The notes under the pieces: generated by a model | What the model was told of the DNA's origin: nothing | Database searches by the model: none | The model's input: only the letters and a program-made list of their open reading frames with translations | Source of the DNA: Candidatus Iainarchaeum sp. | GTDB lineage: Archaea > Iainarchaeota > Iainarchaeia > Iainarchaeales > 0-14-0-20-34-12 | Length of the DNA: 19,243 nucleotides | Assembly: GCA_030649345.1 (NCBI GenBank) | Contig: JAUSKK010000010.1 | Coordinates: forward strand, 1 to 19,243 | Direction: 5' to 3' | Part shown: positions 15,596 to 19,243 of the stretch, one piece after another | How positions within the stretch are numbered: position 1 is the stretch's first letter | Layout: each line of letters opens with the position of its first letter | Position numbers and translations under genes: made by a program

Positions 15596-15757
15596 AAAAG
15601 GGTAATGCACAGCATAATCAGTGTGCTGAACAATAAAAAGCATACTTGATTGCAGTAATGCTGATTACATAAGATTCAGCGCACTGAAAACAATAATATT
15701 ATTTCGCTAAATATTTGCATCATTCTTTGTTGTGCTAATTATTCGCATTACCCTTTT
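15596..15757. other. Structured non-coding element with nested long-range inverted repeats (candidate sRNA or MITE-like element)
   Basis: The outer arms AAAAGGGTAATGC (15596-15608) and GCATTACCCTTTT (15745-15757) are perfectly complementary. The inner arms CAGTGTGCTGAA (15619-15630) and TTCAGCGCACTG (15675-15686) pair over 12 positions with one G-U. The hairpin GTAAT-GCTG-ATTAC sits inside. In six-frame reading I found no ORF longer than about 26 codons in this 215-nt spacer, the largest in the window. Confidence 0.45.
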
Positions 15758-15790
15758 AAAGCTATTGATCTGTTTTTTTATTGAACTCTT

Positions 15791-16567
15791 ATGGTAACTG
15801 AAATTATTTTTTCCAAAAAACCCAAACTTCGAAAACCAATCTTATTGATCGGACTGCCAGGCATTGGATTGGTTGGAAAAATTGCTTTAGACTACATGTT
15901 AAAGCACTTGAAGACTGAAAAAATTGCAGAAATCTATTCGGATAGTTTTCCACCCAGCGTGCATACTCAGAATGGTTTAATTGAAATGATTAAAAATGAA
16001 TTATTTTACTTGAAAGGAAGTTCACAAGATTATTTATTTTTAGCCGGGCCAGTTCAACCAGCCTTGAATATGACTGGAACTTTAAACGAACCCCATTTTG
16101 AATTTGCAACCCAAATTGTTTTAATGGCCAAAGATTTAGGAGTTCAAGAAATTTACACTTTAGCCGGAATCAATATTGGAGATGCGCGCATGGAAAAAGA
16201 ACCAGAAGTCATTATTGCGGCTACCAATGAAAAACTTTTAAAAGAATGGAAAGCTTTAAACATAGGCAAAGGCGGATTGATCAGCGGAGTGGCTGGCTTG
16301 GTCTTGGGAATTGCCAAAAGACATGGAATTGAAGGAGCTTGCTTAATGGGAGAAACCAATGTCAAATTAATTTACGGAGATCATGGAGCTGCCAAAATTT
16401 TAATTGATTTATTAAAGAAAAAATACAATTTCAAAGTGGATATGAATAAAATCAAAAAAGAAAGCAAAAACATAGAAGATGCTTTCAGTCAATTAAGCCA
16501 GCAAGGACCGCCTAAGCCTAGAGACGACGAAGACTATGAGCCCCGTGGCTTAAGCTATGTGCGATAA
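15791..16567 (+). CDS. PAC2-family proteasome assembly chaperone (PbaA/PbaB-like)
   Basis: PILLIGLPGIGLVGKIALDYMLKHLKTEKIAEIYSDSFPPSVHTQNGLIEM matches the N-terminal signature of the archaeal PAC2 family. The length and the acidic C-terminal tail are typical. Confidence 0.7.
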   Translation: MVTEIIFSKKPKLRKPILLIGLPGIGLVGKIALDYMLKHLKTEKIAEIYSDSFPPSVHTQNGLIEMIKNELFYLKGSSQDYLFLAGPVQPALNMTGTLNEPHFEFATQIVLMAKDLGVQEIYTLAGINIGDARMEKEPEVIIAATNEKLLKEWKALNIGKGGLISGVAGLVLGIAKRHGIEGACLMGETNVKLIYGDHGAAKILIDLLKKKYNFKVDMNKIKKESKNIEDAFSQLSQQGPPKPRDDEDYEPRGLSYVR

Positions 16568-16600
16568 ATTTTATTTTTCAAACTAGTTTTATTATTTTTT

Positions 16601-17887
16601 TTAAAATTCAGTTAAAATCTTTTGTGCTTGCAGTTCTGAATGGCAGTCCAGTTTGTTTTTGAGTTCTTTTTTCTTTTGCTCCAATTCTTTTAATGAATCG
16701 CAAATAATAGGAACACCATAATTTCCACCGCCGCCGGCCATAAACAAAACCCAGTTATTGCGAAAAGCCTGAATTTTTTTTCCAACTTCTGGATTTTTTT
16801 GAATCAAGTTTTCAATCGGAACATCCAATAAGATCGCAATTTCACTTTTGAATTCTTCTACAAAATTTCTCCAAACAGTTTGCACTTTTTTAGAATGCGC
16901 ATTCTCTGCCTTGAAAGCAATTTTTATAATTTCAGCCAAAGGAATGGAACGCACATACTCTGCACGATATTCTGGTTTGCTTTTACTTTCAGGATTATGC
17001 AATTGCAATGCCAAATCTCTGACGCCACGCTTAATGCTTTTACCGCATTGCATGCATTTCATTTTCAGTTTCAATGCTTGGTCTAAAGAATATTTTGCAA
17101 AACATTCACTGCAAGCAGTACAATGGTATTTTCCTTCTCTGGCATCCAAACCAATATTGGTTTCAATTCTTCGCTCTCCTTTTAAATCTAAAACTTTCTT
17201 TAATTCATTCAAACTTCCTTCAGTCATTCGAATGCGCATAAATTCTCTTCCCAATTTATCCGACCAAGCAGAATGAGCATCACTGCAAGAAAAATACTGC
17301 AATGAATGATTGGATTCAATCAAGTCAGCAATATCTGAATCTGCGCTTAAGCCTAATTCCATAAATTTAATCTCTGAAGCCATTGAACCAAAACATTGCT
17401 GTACTGAATTAAAATGAGCAAACACTCCAAAATACGGAGTAAAACCATGAGCTGGGCCAATCAATCCTTTGCATTCATCTATAACTGTTTCTGCCAATTT
17501 TTCTGCGCCAATCCTAACCCAAGGCCTTCCGAATCCTTTGCCGTCCAGCTTAACTTTTTGCTGAATTAGTTTTTCTCGAAATAAATCAACTGAAGCAAAG
17601 TCTGGAAAATAACACAATTGATGTACATTATGCAAATCACTAATTTCTGTGCTTAAAATAAACTGAATTTCACTATCTTTGAATGAAAAAGTTCCATTGG
17701 ATTCAATTAAAGAATTTTTTAAATGAACCAGCCATTCTTTATTCAAACAATCTCCTGTAGCCAAAACATGCAAGCCTTTCAATTGAGCTTGCTCAGCCAT
17801 CAAAGGAATACTCATGTTTTTGCTTACCCCGCCGGAATTCGGGCCATGCACATGCATATCGCAATCCAATAATTTCAAATTAGACAT
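16601..17887 (-). CDS. Endonuclease Q (PHP-domain deaminated-base endonuclease, TIGR00375 family)
   Basis: Motifs present are DCDMHVHGPNSGGVSKNMS...LKGLHVLATGDCLNKEW, GPAHGFTPY, ELGLSADSDIADLI, CSDAHS, LGREFMRI, GKYHCTACSECFAKYSL...KCMQCGKSIKRGVRD, IPLAEII and GGGGNYG. These are collinear with my recollection of Pyrococcus EndoQ. Confidence 0.8.
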   Translation of the reverse strand: MSNLKLLDCDMHVHGPNSGGVSKNMSIPLMAEQAQLKGLHVLATGDCLNKEWLVHLKNSLIESNGTFSFKDSEIQFILSTEISDLHNVHQLCYFPDFASVDLFREKLIQQKVKLDGKGFGRPWVRIGAEKLAETVIDECKGLIGPAHGFTPYFGVFAHFNSVQQCFGSMASEIKFMELGLSADSDIADLIESNHSLQYFSCSDAHSAWSDKLGREFMRIRMTEGSLNELKKVLDLKGERRIETNIGLDAREGKYHCTACSECFAKYSLDQALKLKMKCMQCGKSIKRGVRDLALQLHNPESKSKPEYRAEYVRSIPLAEIIKIAFKAENAHSKKVQTVWRNFVEEFKSEIAILLDVPIENLIQKNPEVGKKIQAFRNNWVLFMAGGGGNYGVPIICDSLKELEQKKKELKNKLDCHSELQAQKILTEF

Positions 17888-17888
17888 A

Positions 17889-18572
17889 TTATTCCTTGGA
17901 TTCTTTTTCTATTTTTTTCAAAGCCTGATAAATTGAATGTTCCATAGTCATTCCAGCATGACCTACTTGAATTCCTGTATTCACTTTAATAGACAAGCCA
18001 GCTTGTTTGGCGAATTTGCAAAACATAAAATCTTCACCTAAATACGCATTGGTTTCTTTATCATAGGCACTAAACAATTCGTTTAATCCAAATTTGGAAG
18101 CCAAAGCCTGCAAAGAGCTAGTTTTCATTAACAAAAATCCAAAGCCTACTGCATCCACTTCGATGATTTTGTTTTCCGGCAAATCCGAAACTGCCTTATA
18201 TCCCAAACCTGCTTTTTGGTAAACCACTGGGTGAATTGGGTTTTGTTTAGTGTAATAAACCCCAGAAATCAAGTCAGCCTTACTGCTGATTGCAGTTTCA
18301 TACAATTGTTTTACTTGACTAAAAGAAAAAACAATATCTGAATCCAGCCAAAAAACATAATCAAACTGAGTTTCTTGATTGTTGGCCAAAGCTTTTTTAG
18401 CTAATTCAGTTCTAGCCAAATGCAAATACGTATTGGTATACGTTAATACTCCGAATTTTGAAAAAAAAGTACTCAATTCAGCCATGCATGAAATCATGCA
18501 AGCAACCGATGGAGCTGGAATGTAACCATACAAAGGAACGCATACTTGTACTGTTTTTCCACCGGAAGCCAT
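17889..18572 (-). CDS. GT-A fold (family 2-like) glycosyltransferase
   Basis: It begins VQVCVPLYG. The DxD motif lies in YVFWLDSDIVF, followed by GEDFMFCKFAKQAGLSIKV...GHAG. Its stop lies 1 nt before the EndoQ start, and its start abuts the upstream stop. Confidence 0.7.
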   Translation of the reverse strand: MASGGKTVQVCVPLYGYIPAPSVACMISCMAELSTFFSKFGVLTYTNTYLHLARTELAKKALANNQETQFDYVFWLDSDIVFSFSQVKQLYETAISSKADLISGVYYTKQNPIHPVVYQKAGLGYKAVSDLPENKIIEVDAVGFGFLLMKTSSLQALASKFGLNELFSAYDKETNAYLGEDFMFCKFAKQAGLSIKVNTGIQVGHAGMTMEHSIYQALKKIEKESKE

Positions 18573-18971
18573 TTACAAAACACCTAAAAATTTCAAAACC
18601 AACAAACAGCCAATTCCAGCTAAACCAAAAACAATACTTAAAATCAATGAAGGAATTAAAGGCAAATCAATATTGAAAACAAACTTTGCAATAGCAAAAA
18701 CAATCAATCCTAAAACAGAATTAATTAAAATTTGACGAACCAAAAACAAAACAATTACTGCCAAAACAACCAAGACAATGCCTGCAATTAAAATCCAATG
18801 ATTTCCAGCCCAGCTGGTTAACTGAGATTGAGTTAAATTAGCGGCAGCATCTGGAATAGCTTGACCTAGATTATCTGATCCAGGCAAAGATTGCTGCTGT
18901 AAATAGAACAAACTATTATTTTGATGGATATTTGCAGCAATCTTTGGCAAACTGGTTTGAACCCAAAACAA
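18573..18971 (-). CDS. Small membrane protein, BofA-like C-terminal half
   Basis: There are three predicted TM helices. INSVLGLIVFAIAKFVFNIDLPLIPSLILSIVFGLAGIGCLLVLKF resembles the BofA family pattern (...LGIPGI...). The ORF has no internal Met, so the start must be the TTG at 18971. The N-terminal Q/N-rich part is probably extracytoplasmic. Confidence 0.5.
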   Translation of the reverse strand: MFWVQTSLPKIAANIHQNNSLFYLQQQSLPGSDNLGQAIPDAAANLTQSQLTSWAGNHWILIAGIVLVVLAVIVLFLVRQILINSVLGLIVFAIAKFVFNIDLPLIPSLILSIVFGLAGIGCLLVLKFLGVL

Positions 18972-18989
18972 ATCTAATCCTCCATATCC

Positions 18990-19007
18990 TATACTATATA
19001 TAGTATA
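18990..19007. promoter_or_regulatory. Perfect 18-bp AT palindrome that probably serves as a shared TATA element of a divergent promoter
   Basis: TATACTATATATAGTATA equals its own reverse complement. It is centred about 28 nt from the minus-strand TTG start (18971) and about 55 nt from the plus-strand ATG (19054). Confidence 0.45.
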
Positions 19008-19053
19008 CTATTAAACAAATAATTATAATCTTTTGCCAGCACTCTTAAATGAT

Positions 19054-19243
19054 ATGAGCCTTTTTACAAAAAAACAACTCGAAATTGCCAATTCTTTAAT
19101 TCAGCCTAAAACATTAGACGAATTAATCCAACTACATGACTTGCAAAAAGAATTGCTTGAAAAAGAATTGGAAAAACTAGAAAAATTCAACTTAATTGAA
19201 AAACAAGGAAATACTTTTGTTTTAAAGAAAAATATTGCAGAAG
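19054..19243 (+). CDS. Hypothetical small protein, N-terminal part only (possibly winged-helix-like), running off the window end
   Basis: I translated from the ATG at 19054: MSLFTKKQLEIANSLIQPKTLDELIQLHDLQKELLEKELEKLEKFNLIEKQGNTFVLKKNIAE... The frame is open to the window edge. The helix-turn-helix reading is only a guess from the pattern. Confidence 0.4.
   Translation, partial: MSLFTKKQLEIANSLIQPKTLDELIQLHDLQKELLEKELEKLEKFNLIEKQGNTFVLKKNIAE

Noticed and set aside
15576-15790. Small unannotated nop10 gene (below the ORF track length cutoff) after aIF2-alpha
   Set aside because: I read all six frames by hand. The longest ORFs are about 10-26 codons and none has the CxxC...CxxC zinc ribbon of Nop10.
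16547-16567. HbYX proteasome-docking motif at the C-terminus of the PAC2-family protein
   Set aside because: The protein ends ...GLSYVR, so the Tyr is third from the end, not penultimate. The canonical hydrophobic-Tyr-X terminus is therefore not present as written.
16848-17276. Plus-strand ORFs (142 and 68 aa) inside the EndoQ gene, and similar antisense ORFs at 1716-2669, 4376-4624, 7632-7835, 10202-10447, 12906-13838, 13987-14576, 16153-16365 and 18458-18676
   Set aside because: Each overlaps a strongly supported gene on the opposite strand and has no start context or recognisable domain.

Overview
Clearly AT-rich, gene-dense archaeal chromosomal segment with 21 protein-coding genes, two of them cut by the window edges. 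No rRNA, tRNA, CRISPR array, transposase or integrase was recognised. The archaeal assignment rests on the informational genes: exosome Csl4, RNA polymerase subunit L, Sec11-type signal peptidase, two PCNA paralogs, primase PriL and PriS, GINS51, ribosomal protein eS27, aIF2-alpha, a PAC2 proteasome-assembly chaperone and Endonuclease Q. The AT-richness, short intergenic spacers, GGTGA Shine-Dalgarno motifs and SpoIIM-like, BofA-like and DUF373 membrane proteins fit a small-genome DPANN-like archaeon, but that placement is inference only. The main unusual feature is a block of three signal-peptide surface-protein genes (5374-11605) inserted among the replication genes. Two of them are large paralogs built from a DLNVSRDLNAS motif carrying two N-glycosylation sequons, and each sits directly downstream of a divergent PCNA paralog. 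These two genes share a sharply bounded 191-nt tract with only 6 differences, and one carries three tandem 105-bp coding repeats, which suggests recombination between surface-protein cassettes. Other points to follow up: (1) a 215-nt ORF-free spacer after aIF2-alpha with nested 13-bp and 12-bp inverted repeats and a C/D-box-like motif on the minus strand; (2) a GC-rich double hairpin flanked by a duplicated 3' end of the SPFH gene; (3) a C-terminal PIP-box on EndoQ; (4) a tightly coupled membrane-protein, glycosyltransferase and EndoQ operon; (5) an overlapping priL-priS-gins51 operon. All functional calls come from reading the translated ORFs and recalling family motifs. No database search was run.
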